Positions 26,185-36,478 of a stretch of 64,000 nucleotides of DNA are shown here, piece after piece (positions within the stretch are counted from its first letter, which is position 1; each line of letters begins with the position of its first letter). The position numbers and the translations under genes were made by a program. The notes under the pieces were generated by a model. It had not been told where the DNA came from and did not search any database. It saw only the letters and a list, made by a program, of their open reading frames with translations. This DNA comes from Chiloscyllium plagiosum (taxonomy: Eukaryota), in assembly GCF_004010195.1 (NCBI RefSeq), contig NC_057721.1:44845768-44909767 (forward strand). Direction: 5' to 3'.

Positions 26185-27400
26185 ACAAAGCCATGTTAAC
26201 TATCCCTAATCAGTCCTTGCCTTTCCAAATACATGTAAATTCTGTCCCTCAGGATTCCCTTCAACAATTTGCCCATGACCAATGTCATCCTCACTGGCCT
26301 ATAGTTTCCTGGCTTTTCCTTAGCACCTTTCTTAAACAATGGCACCAGGTTAGCTAATGTCCAGTCTTTCTGCACCTCACCTGTGACTATCAATAATACA
26401 AATATATCAAAAAGGTGCCCAGCAATCACTTCCCTAGCTTCCCACGTTGTTCAATGGTACACCTGATCATGTCCTGGGGATTTATCCACTTTTATGCATT
26501 TTAAGACATCCAGCACCTCATCCTCTGTGATATGGACATTTTTCAAGATGTCACCATCTATTTCCCTGCATTCTATATCTTCCATGTCCTTTTCTCTATT
26601 TCCCTGCATTCTATATCTTCCATGTCCTTTTCCACAGTAAACACTGATGCTAAATACTCATTTAGTATCTACCCCATCTCCACACATAGGCTGTCTTGCT
26701 GATCTTTGAGGGGTGAAAATGTGTTGCTGGAAAAGCGCAGCAGGTCAGGCAACATCCAAGGAACAAGAGAATCGATGTTTCGGGAATGAGCCTGCCCGAA
26801 ACGTGGATTCACCTGCTCCTTGGATGCTGCCTGACCTGCTGCACTTTTCCAGCAACACATTTTTCTGATCTCCAGCATCTGCAGTCCTCACTTTCTCCTC
26901 GATGATCTTTGAGGGGCCCTATTCTCTTCCTAGTTACCCTTTTGTCCTTAACGTATTTATAAAATCCCTTTGCATTCTCCTTAACCCTATTTGCCAAAGC
27001 TATCTCATGTCCTCTTTTTGCCTTCCTGATTTCCCTCTTAAGTATATTTCTCCTGCCTCTGTACTTTTCTGAGAATTCATTTGATTGCTGTTGTCTACAC
27101 CTGACATATGCTTTCTTCTTCTTGACCAAAACCTCCATTTCTTTAGTCATCTAGCATTCCCTATACCTACCAGCCTTGCCTTTTACCCAAGCAGGAACAA
27201 TTTGTCTCTGGACTCTCCTTATCTCATTTTTGAAGGCTTCCCATTTTCCAGCCATCACTTTACCTGAGACCATCCGCACTCTATCAACTTTTAAAAGTTT
27301 TGGCTGAATACCATCAAAAATGGCCTCCCCCCAAATTAGACCATCAACTTTTACATCTTGTCTATGCTTTTCTATCACTATTTTTAGACTAATAGAACTA
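26185..27400 (-). mobile_element. CR1 LINE ORF2 fragment
   Basis: DWTLANLVPLFKKGAKEKPGNYRPV and KENAKGFYKYVKDKR. Contains a 38-bp tandem duplication (26557-26632). Confidence 0.88.
26714..26902. mobile_element. Inverted (head-to-head) Penelope 3'-end mini-element with a 14-bp TSD
   Basis: Inverted arms tgttgctggaaaagcgcagcaggtcaggc / gcctgacctgctgcacttttccagcaaca. TSD TGATCTTTGAGGGG at 26700-26713 and 26903-26916. Inserted into a CR1. Confidence 0.85.
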
Positions 27401-27668
27401 TGAGCGGTTTTCTTCAAGCTAAGTGTTGAAAAGGATGGGACTGAAAGGATCTGATAGAAAAGCAGGTGCTGCTGGTGGGTGGTTAATGTGAGATTAAAGG
27501 TAAACCCCGGGCAGACCCTGTGCTCCCACACAACATCCCAGTCTGGGCTCTATCTCTGTGATTCTAAGCACTGTTTCTGTTTCCTTCTCTCACACATTGA
27601 GTTATTTCACTCTCCCTTCATCTTCTCAGAGAAAGCTCACTGCACAGAACCAGGCCATTTGGCCCATC

Positions 27669-27857
27669 GTGGCGAAAGTGAGGACTGCAGATGCTGGAGG
27701 TCAGAGTCAAGATTAGAGTGGTGCTGGAAAAACACATCAGGTCAGGCTGGAGCTTCAGTGAAGGGCTGCTGAAGGGCTTTTGCCCGAAACGTCGATTCTC
27801 CTGCTCCTCGGATGCTGCCAGACTTGCTGTGCTTTTCCAGCACCACTCTCACCTTGA
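27669..27857. mobile_element. Inverted Penelope 3'-end mini-element with a 13-bp TSD
   Basis: TSD CATTTGGCCCATC at 27656-27668 and 27858-27870. The hammerhead core is mutated to CTGCTGA. Confidence 0.85.
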
Positions 27858-28235
27858 CATTTGGCCCATCATGTCCTTATTTGGAAACTCTGAGAAATGT
27901 TTCTCTTCAGAATGTTGTCCCATTCTCTTTTGAAATTCATGATGAAATCTATCTCTGTCCCAGTCCGAGGCAGGGCGGGTAAAACCGAGCCCATATGTGG
28001 CCTCTATTTCTGAGGATATTCAGTGTAACTCTGTACCGCTTGGTTTGGAAGATGGGGATAGACTCTCCCTGTCTATTCTGTTCAGACACTGCATCAGCAG
28101 CAAAACATCGCGGATTCTGGGAACACTCAGCAGGTCAGGCTGTCTCTGGGCATGGCTCAGATAAACGACTTTGATAAACTCTTCAACCATTTAACCTCCA
28201 ACTTCTTCCAGTTCTGACCAACCTGAGCCATGACC

Positions 28236-28269
<34 letters not shown>

Positions 28270-28313
28270 GATGCAGCCCTTCCTGCTGAATATTTCGGAT
28301 CTTCCACAATTAC

Positions 28314-28966
28314 CTTGGATGTTCAATGTTGTTCCATTTCCCTGGAAGTATATTAGATTACTTACAGTAGTGGAAACAGGCCCTTCGGCCCAACAAGTCC
28401 ACACTGCCCCGCCGAAGCGCAACCCACCCATACCCCTGCATTTACCCCTTACCTAACACTACGGGCAATTTAGCATGGCCAATTCACCTGACCTGCACAT
28501 CTTTGGACTGTGGGAGGAAACCGGAGCACCCGGAGGAAACCCACGCAGACACGGGGAGAACGTGCAAACTCCACACAGTCAGTCGCCTGAGGTGGGAATT
28601 GAACCCAGGTCTCTGGCACTGTGAGGCAGCAGTGCTAACCACTGTGCCACCGTGCCACAAGTCCACTGTGCCAGGGCCGAAGTCTCTCTCTGAGAACCAC
28701 ACAGCAGTAAGTGTCAGAATCATTTACCATCAGCTCCCGGATAATGAGGAAACTCTCTGACACTGACACACGGGAGCTGTTTTCCAGGAAATTCCAGGAT
28801 CTGTTTCCGCTGAAGTCAGGATTGTCTCTTGCCCGACACCAATAATATCTCACCAGCTCTGCCCGCTCCTCTCCTGGTATCAGGCTGCAGTTGATCCGAG
28901 CTGTCTGCCCTCTCAGGAGGGAGAGAACTGGAGGAGACTCAATCACTTTCAGAGTGACAACAGGCC
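28314..28966 (-). pseudogene. Disrupted single-exon VJ-type Ig V domain (NKp30/NCR3-like), split by a SINE and frameshifted
   Basis: LKVIESPPVLSLLRGQTARINCS...VRYYW...FLIIRELMVNDSDTYCC contains the B-strand Cys, C-strand Trp and DxxxYxC motif. Removing the SINE (28350-28658) and correcting the frame in the GA run (28683-28692) gives ...DFGPGTVDFQGNGTTLNIQ G|gtaatt, a J-like GxGT G strand with a phase-1 donor at 28313. There is no MYPPPY, so it is not CD28/CTLA4. Confidence 0.85.
28350..28658 (-). mobile_element. HE1-type V-SINE inserted into the VJ exon
   Basis: tRNA-like head GGCACGGTGGCACAGTGGTTAGCACTGCTGCCTCACAG, V-SINE core (GGAGTTTGCACGTTCTCCCCGTGTCTGCGTGGGTTTCCTCCGGGTGCTCCGG) and a TAATC-type tail. 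Possible 4-bp TSD (plus-strand AAGT at 28346-28349 and 28659-28662). Confidence 0.92.
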
Positions 28967-29061
28967 CTGGAACATAATGTGACAACAAATGGGAACATCA
29001 ACTCCACAGAGCCCGAGTCTAACTGCAATGACTGCTCCCTGGAACCAAAGGCAAGCCTTAC

Positions 29062-29098
29062 CTAAGAGGAAGAGCCAGAGCCTGAGAACTGAGCCCAT
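29062..29098 (-). pseudogene. Leader (signal peptide) exon of a VJ-type IgSF receptor gene (NKp30/NCR3-like)
   Basis: Minus strand reads aagaacATG GGC TCA GTT CTC AGG CTC TGG CTC TTC CTC TTA G|gtaagg = MGSVLRLWLFLL(G). Good Kozak context, hydrophobic peptide and a phase-1 donor. A 95-nt intron ending ttccag| joins in frame to the V exon (GPVVTLKVIESPP). Confidence 0.85.
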
Positions 29099-29124
29099 GT
29101 TCTTGAGGATGACGCTGTCTCACT

Positions 29125-31018
29125 TTTTTTTATTTCAAAAATATACTTTATTCATAAAATACTTTGATGATCTGTACAACTGGACATGCCATGCATATGT
29201 AAACATTCCATTTCTTTGCATACCGAAAACAGAGTAATCATTCCTATTTACAGATCTGTGCAATTACATTGAGCTGAGGCGTCAGCAGAGCCCGAATGAC
29301 TGCGCGGGCCCCCTGTTCTTCGTTAGGCAGGCAGATGTTACACGGTGGTCTTTCCCCACCGCGCCTTGGCAGCAGCTGCCCCAAGCTTCAGCGCGTCCCT
29401 CAACACGTAGTCCTGGACCTTGAAATGTGCCAGTCTGCAACACTCAGTCGGGGGTCAACTCCTTCAGCTGGAAGATCAGCAGGTTTCGGAGCACCCAGAG
29501 AGCGTCCTTCACCGAGGTGATGATCCTCCAGGCATAGTTGATGTTCGTCTTGGTGTGCGTCCCGGGGAACAGGCCGTAGAGCACGGAGTCCCGCGTCACG
29601 CGCTGCTCGGGACGAACCTCGACAAACACCATTGCATTCCTTTCCAGACTTCCTCTGCATAGACACATTCCAGAAGGAGGTGTGTGACAGTCTAGTCCCC
29701 CCCCGCAGCTGCTTCGAGGGCAGCATGTGGTGCGGCTGAGAGTCCGGGCCTGCATAAAGGATCTCACAGGCAGAGCCCTTCTCACCACCAGCCAAGCCAT
29801 GTCTTGGTGCTTGTTGGAAAGTTCTGGCGATGAGGCATTCTGCCAAATGGCTTTGACGGTCTGCTCAGGGAACCGCTCGATAGGATCCACCCTCTCCTTT
29901 TCCCGAAGGGTCTCAAGGACACTACGTGCTGACCACTTCCTAATGGACCTGTGGCCAAAGGTGATTTTCTTCATAAGTTTCTCCACGAAGGACAGGTGNN
30001 NNNNNNNNNNNNNNNNNNNNNNNNNNNNNNNNNNNNNNNNNNNNNNNNNNNNNNNNNNNNNNNNNNNNNNNNNNNNNNNNNNNNNNNNNNNNNNNNNNNN
30101 NNNNNNNNNNNNNNNNNNNNNNNNNNNNNNNNNNNNNNNNNNNNNNNNNNNNNNNNNNNNNNNNNNNNNNNNNNNNNNNNNNNNNNNNNNNNNNNNNNNN
30201 NNNNNNNNNNNNNNNNNNNNNNNNNNNNNNNNNNNNNNNNNNNNNNNNNNNNNNNNNNNNNNNNNNNNNNNNNNNNNNNNNNNNNNNNNNNNNNNNNNNN
30301 NNNNNNNNNNNNNNNNNNNNNNNNNNNNNNNNNNNNNNNNNNNNNNNNNNNNNNNNNNNNNNNNNNNNNNNNNNNNNNNNNNNNNNNNNNNNNNNNNNNN
30401 NNNNNNNNNNNNNNNNNNNNNNNNNNNNNNNNNNNNNNNNNNNNNNNNNNNNNNNNNNNNNNNNNNNNNNNNNNNNNNNNNNNNNNNNNNNNNNNNNNNN
30501 NNNNNNNNNNNNNNNNNNNNNNNNNNNNNNNNNNNNNNNNNNNNNNNNNNNNNNTCAGGCTCGCATCCTTTCTGATGGACTCGGCAAATGGCTCTATGCA
30601 GCACACAAACAAGGCAGGAGAGAGAGGGCAGCCCTGTCTGACTCCAGATCTGACTGGGAAGCTATCTTGATTCCCACCCATTGATTGAGACTGCACTGAC
30701 AATGTTGGTGTAGAGCAGTCTGATCCAATTGCAGATTTCCTCCCCAAATCCCATTTTGGAAAGAACATCTCTCATATACCTGTGTGATATCCTGTCAAAG
30801 GCTTTCTCCTGGTCCAGGCTGATCAGGCAGGTGTCCAACCCTCTGTCCTGCACGTAGGCGATCGTATCCCTGAGGAGTGCGAGACTCTCAGCGAACTTCC
30901 TGCTCGCTACCGCACAGGTTTGGTCAGGATGAATCACCAACCCCAGAGCAGACCTGACCCGGTTGGCGATTACCTTTGACAGAATTTTGTAATCCGCATT
31001 CAACAGTGAGATTGGTTA
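29125..31018 (-). mobile_element. 5'-truncated Tx1 LINE with a 10-bp TSD
   Basis: RT motifs (NADYKILSK, ISLDQEKAFDRISH, GVRQGCPLSP), C-terminal Cys-rich region, AATAAA and an A-tail. TSD CTGTCTCACT at 29115-29124 and 31019-31028. Contains an assembly gap. Confidence 0.92.
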
Positions 31019-31028
31019 CTGTCTCACT

Positions 31029-31200
31029 GGTTACTTGGAGCTGTTGGTCATTGTGCAGGAAATTCAGGTCGCAGCGAGCTTGGTGCGGGTGGACCGCGCA
31101 CTGACTCACATCACACTCACTGCTGCTCACAGACAGAAAGGAATAGCAACACTAAACCGGTCAGTGCCAGGATATTCACTGCTTCTGTGCAATAGCAATT
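31029..31200 (-). promoter_or_regulatory. Displaced 5' UTR/proximal promoter of the VJ receptor gene
   Basis: The Tx1 TSD shows that this DNA originally lay directly upstream of the leader exon. It contains an AP-1 motif TGACTCA (31102-31108) and an ETS/NFAT-like CAGGAAAT (31056-31063). Function is inferred only. Confidence 0.4.
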
Positions 31201-32730
31201 CAAGTTCCCCTTCATGTGCAAACCAACAAATCCTACACCACGGTTTATAGGAGATTAATGCATACTGCCGAGAGATCAAATTTCCCGCATGTCTCCTCCC
31301 TCACCTCCTCTGTCATCCGCCTCCCTCAGAAAGACATTGATTTCAAAATTAATTTGTTTTATTTCTTAAGGGGAGCTTGAGATTAGAATGAGGAACAAGG
31401 CAGTAAAGTGAGATTTTGATCTGAATTTCTGTCAAAGATTGTCCTTTCAATTTTTTCCGCTTGGTTCTCCACTAAGTTTGTGGTGAGGGATGTTTAAACA
31501 CCACCGCCCTCATGTTGTATGCAAAATACCTTTCCAAGGGACCTGCTTTGAGTTGATTTTGCTTTAATAATTCTTCAGGCTTACTTCCTATAATATCAAT
31601 ATTCACTAACTTCATTTTAAATATTTATACTTATGGCTACTTATACTTTCTCTTGTACTCCAAATTTTTCCTTCCTTATTAATTTTTAACTGTTCTATGC
31701 TGCTTGTTGTATTCTGTCCAAGCTTCTGACTTGCTGTCCATCTTTGCACAATTATGTCATTTTTGGAGTTTAATACCATCTTTTAGTTTTCTGGTAAATC
31801 TTAGGTGGTGGGTCTATCCCCTGGAATTGTTCTTACTCATTGGACTGCATCTGTTCTGTTTATCTGGGAATATCCCATAGAAACATAGAAATGTGAAGCA
31901 GGAGTAGACCAGTTAATTCTCCAAACCTGCTCCACCATTCAACAGGATCATGGCTAGTCATTCAACATAATACACTTTTCCTAATTTGTCCCCATACCCC
32001 TTGATCCTTTTAGCACAAAGACCTATATCTAACTTCTTCTTGATATCATTCAATGTTTTGGTCTCAACTGCTTTCTGTGACATAGAATTCCACAATTATT
32101 AGTAAGGTGAATGGTTTGAGCTTTTGAGAAGGAAATTCCAGAGGTAAATGAGGGCAAAGGGAATAAGTGTGGGAAACTGTTTCCTGTAAAAGGTCATAAT
32201 GTTGGTCAACTGCAAAGAAATTAAAGAGCTAGAGGAAGGTGTGTGTGGGGGGAGTGTTAATCCTCAGGTTTCCTGCCTCCATATACAATGTCTGTGGGTA
32301 GAGGTAGATGCCAATGGCAAGGGGACACCAGACCTCCAGTACAGTGTTACAATTGTGATCGATTGTGTCACTTTGCCTGGGATTGTAGAGCACCTTGACG
32401 GTACTGACAAGGACAGACACAAGAACAGGAATCAGGCCAGGGGTACAGAGCTCTGTCACTAGAAGGGAAGCAGAGGACACTGCTTCACTTTATCCACCAG
32501 TACCGAATGCAAATCCAAGAGCATGACTGTGCCAGGCCTCTCCAGTGTGGGTGTGTAATGCCACACTGTAGGCAGTGTAGGCAGCTTCAGGGCTCCTGTG
32601 CCCAGGGGTTGTCCACTATGTCAGTTTTTTTCTCAGTTTTTAAAATCTTGTTTTAAAGTTTTTTTCCTCTTTTTATCGATTTTTGGCAGAGGCAATATGA
32701 AAGCAGCTTTGTTGAGATCCAGAGCATGGC

Positions 32731-33027
32731 TGTGGCTGGTGAGTCTGGAGCAGGATCTGGAAGATGGCAATGAGGTAGTTGGTGAGTATGGTGCGGGATC
32801 TGGAAGATGGTAGCGAGGTGGTTGGTGAGTCTGGTGTGGGATCTGGAAGATGGCAGCGAGGTGGTTGTGAATCAGGTGCGGGATCTGGAAGATGGCAGCG
32901 AGGTGGTTGGTGAATCTGGTGTGGGATCTGGAAGATGGCAGTGAGGTGGTTGGTGAATCTGGTGTGGGATCTGGAAGATGGCACCGAGGTGGTTGGTGAG
33001 TCTGATGCGGGATCGGGAATATGGCAA
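32731..33027 (+). repeat. 43-bp minisatellite, about 7 copies
   Basis: Unit GGTGGTTGGTGARTCTGGTGYGGGATCTGGAAGATGGCAGYGA; one unit is 42 bp. Confidence 0.92.
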
Positions 33028-33259
33028 AACAGATTCGAATTAAGCCAATCAGTTTTCTTAGACACTGTGGTAACCCATGGGAAATGCAAAATTGAAAAGA
33101 AATGCATTCAACCAATATGCAGTTGTCCCCTCCCTAAAGATGTGAAATTGCTTTGATCTTTTTTGTTGACTTTTGTAGAAATCATATTGATAGTTTTGAT
33201 ACCAAAGCATTTTCATTATCACATCTTTGGAAGGAAAATATTCCCTGGTAGTAGACTGA

Positions 33260-36215
33260 ACAACACAAGCTGTTTCAGATTAAAACAGGCTTTAGCTACA
33301 GCTCCACAACTGCAAGAATGGGAAAATGGGACGATTGTCTTATGCTTCTAGGCTTTTAACACAAATACAGTAAGGATTCACGCTGTATGAAAGGATTCAC
33401 ACTGCTTTGGGCAGTGCAGCATTTTTCTTACATAATTAGGCTTCATTCCTTGATTATCCTTACAGAACATACTCCTATTCAATTGTTGTTAAGATAGATG
33501 CATTAAAAATGGTACTGTTGGTCAAATCAGACAGTGGGTTGGACCTTAATGATTCAAGATCCAGATATCACAGTCAAATGACCAAATTGCTAACTTTCTA
33601 GCTGATAATGTAAGTTACAGTGGTAAATTGCATGAGTGTCAAATTTGGACAATAGGTGATCCTAAGGGATCATTTGTTACAAAACAAAAGAGGACTCATA
33701 AATTCAATAAGATTGGAATATATGTCTGACATACCTGAACAGAGAGATGCCACCAAACAGCTTTTGAATATTTTTGTTGATGGATCCTGTATGGTGGAGA
33801 ATGCCATTAGAAAGTGTTACGACACGGGTAAACCTTTCTGCTTAATTTAAAACCAGCAACACAGAAAAGATTTATCCCATGCAGTAATCTGTAAAAATTC
33901 AAGTGGCCAAGAACTATTTAGAGTAAAAATTAATAAATTTATTTCTTAAAGTATAACAGAGAATAATTAACTGACAACTATATGCAAGTCCTTACTCTAA
34001 GCTATCTTTTACCTTCCCTTCTCTAATTATAGTTCGATAAAACCCTCGATTATGATTTACAGAACAAAATGTCTTATCTCAAAACCCCTGCAGCTTTCAT
34101 TCTTATCGGTATTTTGGTCCTCTTTTCTTCTTCTTGGTGATCCTGCTTCCCAGGTTACTGATTGATAAAGGTACCTTTTAAGAGAGCTATTTTCTGGGCA
34201 GTGTGCAGATGTTGTTGACTTTGCAGTTCTCCTCTCAACTGTTCAATTTTCCTGGGTCTTTCCCCTCTCCCCAAAGCATTGGATTGTGTCATTGGCTTTT
34301 AAGATTGTCAATATACTCAATTCAAAGTGGATTGGAGTTTGGTATTTTTTCGGGATGTAATCTAAACTGATTGGCCTAATTCGAATCTGTTTTGTCATTT
34401 CCAGGCAACCAGCTAATCAAGTTGTTCCACCAAATGTGACTTTTTTTTTTCAGAACACTTGGTTCTGTCAGGTAGTTCTGTTGCTTTTAACTCTCTTAAA
34501 AGTACAGTACACCCATATCTTCATAACAAAAGTCAGAATGGGGAATATATGTAGAGGATCACCAAGGGTACACCTCATGCTGTGTTAGCTGTTAAATGAC
34601 CAAATGGAATGAATTCTCAGCAGCCGAATTGGCACCTATAGCTTATGTAGTTAGTCACCCAGATAAGTTCTCAACACCAGCAGATATATCTTCTGCCAGT
34701 ATGTATGTAGTTTAACGGACTTCCTGCCATTGTGGGAAGTGAGAGAGTTTTGTTTCAGTTGATTCTATTGTCTATGTTCTTGTTGAAGTATAGTTTTCAA
34801 ATTGCCCAACATGGATGTTGTTACCATTAGTCAGGCTAAAGTAGAAGATCTCAAACAGGCTCAGTGTAATGATGATAATTTAAAACAGTTACAGGATGGA
34901 ACATATCCTGCTTTCTATCACAGATGGAAAGCTAAGTTACAACTCCAGGATGGACTTGTTCTAAATAATGGATGGTATGTGGTGCCAACTGAAGATAGTA
35001 ATCAAATTGTTTATCAATTTCATGACATTCAAGGTCATCAGGGAGCAAAAACAACTGTTAATTAAATTACAGGGCTATGTTGGTGGCCTAATTTGCATAC
35101 GGTTGTGAAGCTTTACGTGGCCAATTGTTTAATATGTGCTCAGAATATTCCTGATAGGTACGTGAGTGAGAAGGAATTGAGGCACGCAAGACTGGTTGAA
35201 AGCCCAAGGACGAATGTACAGATAGATTATATCAATCCTTTACCACCATGTCAGGGAGGATTCTGATATTTCCTCGTGGTAAATGATGCTTTCAGGAAGT
35301 GGGTTGAGGCATTCCTTACCAAAGCAACACAGCTAACGTGACAGCAAATGTCCCAGTGCAACAAGTGTTTTCTAGGTGGAACTCCTACGTAGTATCGAAT
35401 CAAGGCACTCATTTTACTGCTCAAGTAACGCAAGATGTTATGATCTTATTTGGGATCAATCATATGTTCTGTATTGCCTGTCATACTCAATTAAGTAGGA
35501 TAGCAGAGAGGATGAATTGTACTTTAAAAAACATGAATGGGAAGACCCTACAGCAAAACAATTTTACATGGAACATAGAACTACAATTTGTTCCAATGAC
35601 AGTGTGAAAGACAGTTTCTAGTTCAACTGGATTTACTTCACCATGTTTTGATAATAGAACATTCCATGAGGGGAATTGAATCTCTGTTGGGGGTTAAATT
35701 TTCTGAACCTGACATTGTTGCTCTTAGTCATGAGAGAACTGTACAACAATTGCTTGGCAAGGTTCAAACAGCTCAGGTGTCAGCAGTTATTAAAATTGTA
35801 CACAAAAAGAAACAGAGGAAGGCTTACATTGATGGTAAAGTGAATTCGACAGAGTATGAGGTGGGACAACAGATGATGCTTCAAGTTCATCAACCAGGTA
35901 CTTTTTTGTCATTTGGATAGCATGGACCCTATTCTATTGTAGATAAAGTAGGTCCTTAATGTATAAAGTGTTACAGGATTCTGGAAAAAACTAGATGGTT
36001 TCATATAGACCAAGTGAAGGCATATAGTGTTCCATGTAATAATCGGTTTCATATTCTGTCAGAAGCATGTGATCTCTATGCATACACTTCTAATTCTTAC
36101 ATTTGTTCTTATTTATCTGGTTGTTTGACATTGATTTTACAGGGAGATAGTCAGATAGATAGTGAGTCAAAAGATTCCACAGATTGCCAGTCAGATAGTT
36201 CATCTGATTCTTTGC
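33260..36215 (+). mobile_element. Decayed retrovirus-like pol (tether + RNase H + integrase), interrupted by a solo LTR
   Basis: YASRLLT...WAVQHFSYI...LTEHTPIQLL (degenerate first RNase H), then NIFVDGS...AELAPIAYVV (second RNase H), HDIQGHQG...WWPNL...CLIC (HHCC), QIDYINPLPP...KWVEAF, SNQGTHFT, IAERMNCTLK and GPYSIV. Many stops and frameshifts. Confidence 0.8.
33815..34528. mobile_element. Solo LTR
   Basis: TGTTA...TAACA termini with 4-bp TSD AAAG. It splits an RNase H coding stretch. Confidence 0.85.
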
Positions 36216-36478
36216 CTTCTGTCAGTCAGCCAATTCTTTAACCATGTCAGTACCTTGCCTCTAACACCATGGGCTCCTACCTTATTTGCCAGCTCCTGTG
36301 CAACACATTGTCCAAGGCCTTCTAGAAATCCAAATAGATCGCGTCCACTAGCTCTCCTTTGTCCAACTTTCTTGTTACCTCTTCAAGGGATTCTAAAAAA
36401 TTTGTCAGGCATGACCTCTTCTTGATGAAATTATGCTGACGCATGTGTTTCCAAGTAATCAGCAAACTCATCTTTAAT

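Noticed and set aside
25606-26357. Long ORFs spanning N runs (also 29.4-30.8 kb and 57.6-59.0 kb)
   Set aside because: Their length is an artefact of assembly gaps. The 25685-26184 gap could, however, hide an exon.
27400-27452. Candidate exon after ttttctatcag| (DPFSPILFNT*)
   Set aside because: Early stop, no hydrophobic segment, and truncated by a CR1; unsupported.
28664-28670. RSS heptamer CACAGTG (minus strand) just after the V-domain YxC, suggesting a rearranging V segment
   Set aside because: There is no ACAAAAACC-like nonamer at 12- or 23-bp spacing, either with the SINE present or with it removed, and the J-like strand and splice donor are already in the same exon.
28484-28723. FGPGT taken as the terminal J motif followed by DLWHGG...
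   Set aside because: The sequence after VDL is SINE. The real G strand and donor (GNGTTLNIQ|gt) lie beyond the SINE.
32731-33027. CRISPR-like array
   Set aside because: Contiguous tandem units with no unique spacers, in vertebrate DNA.
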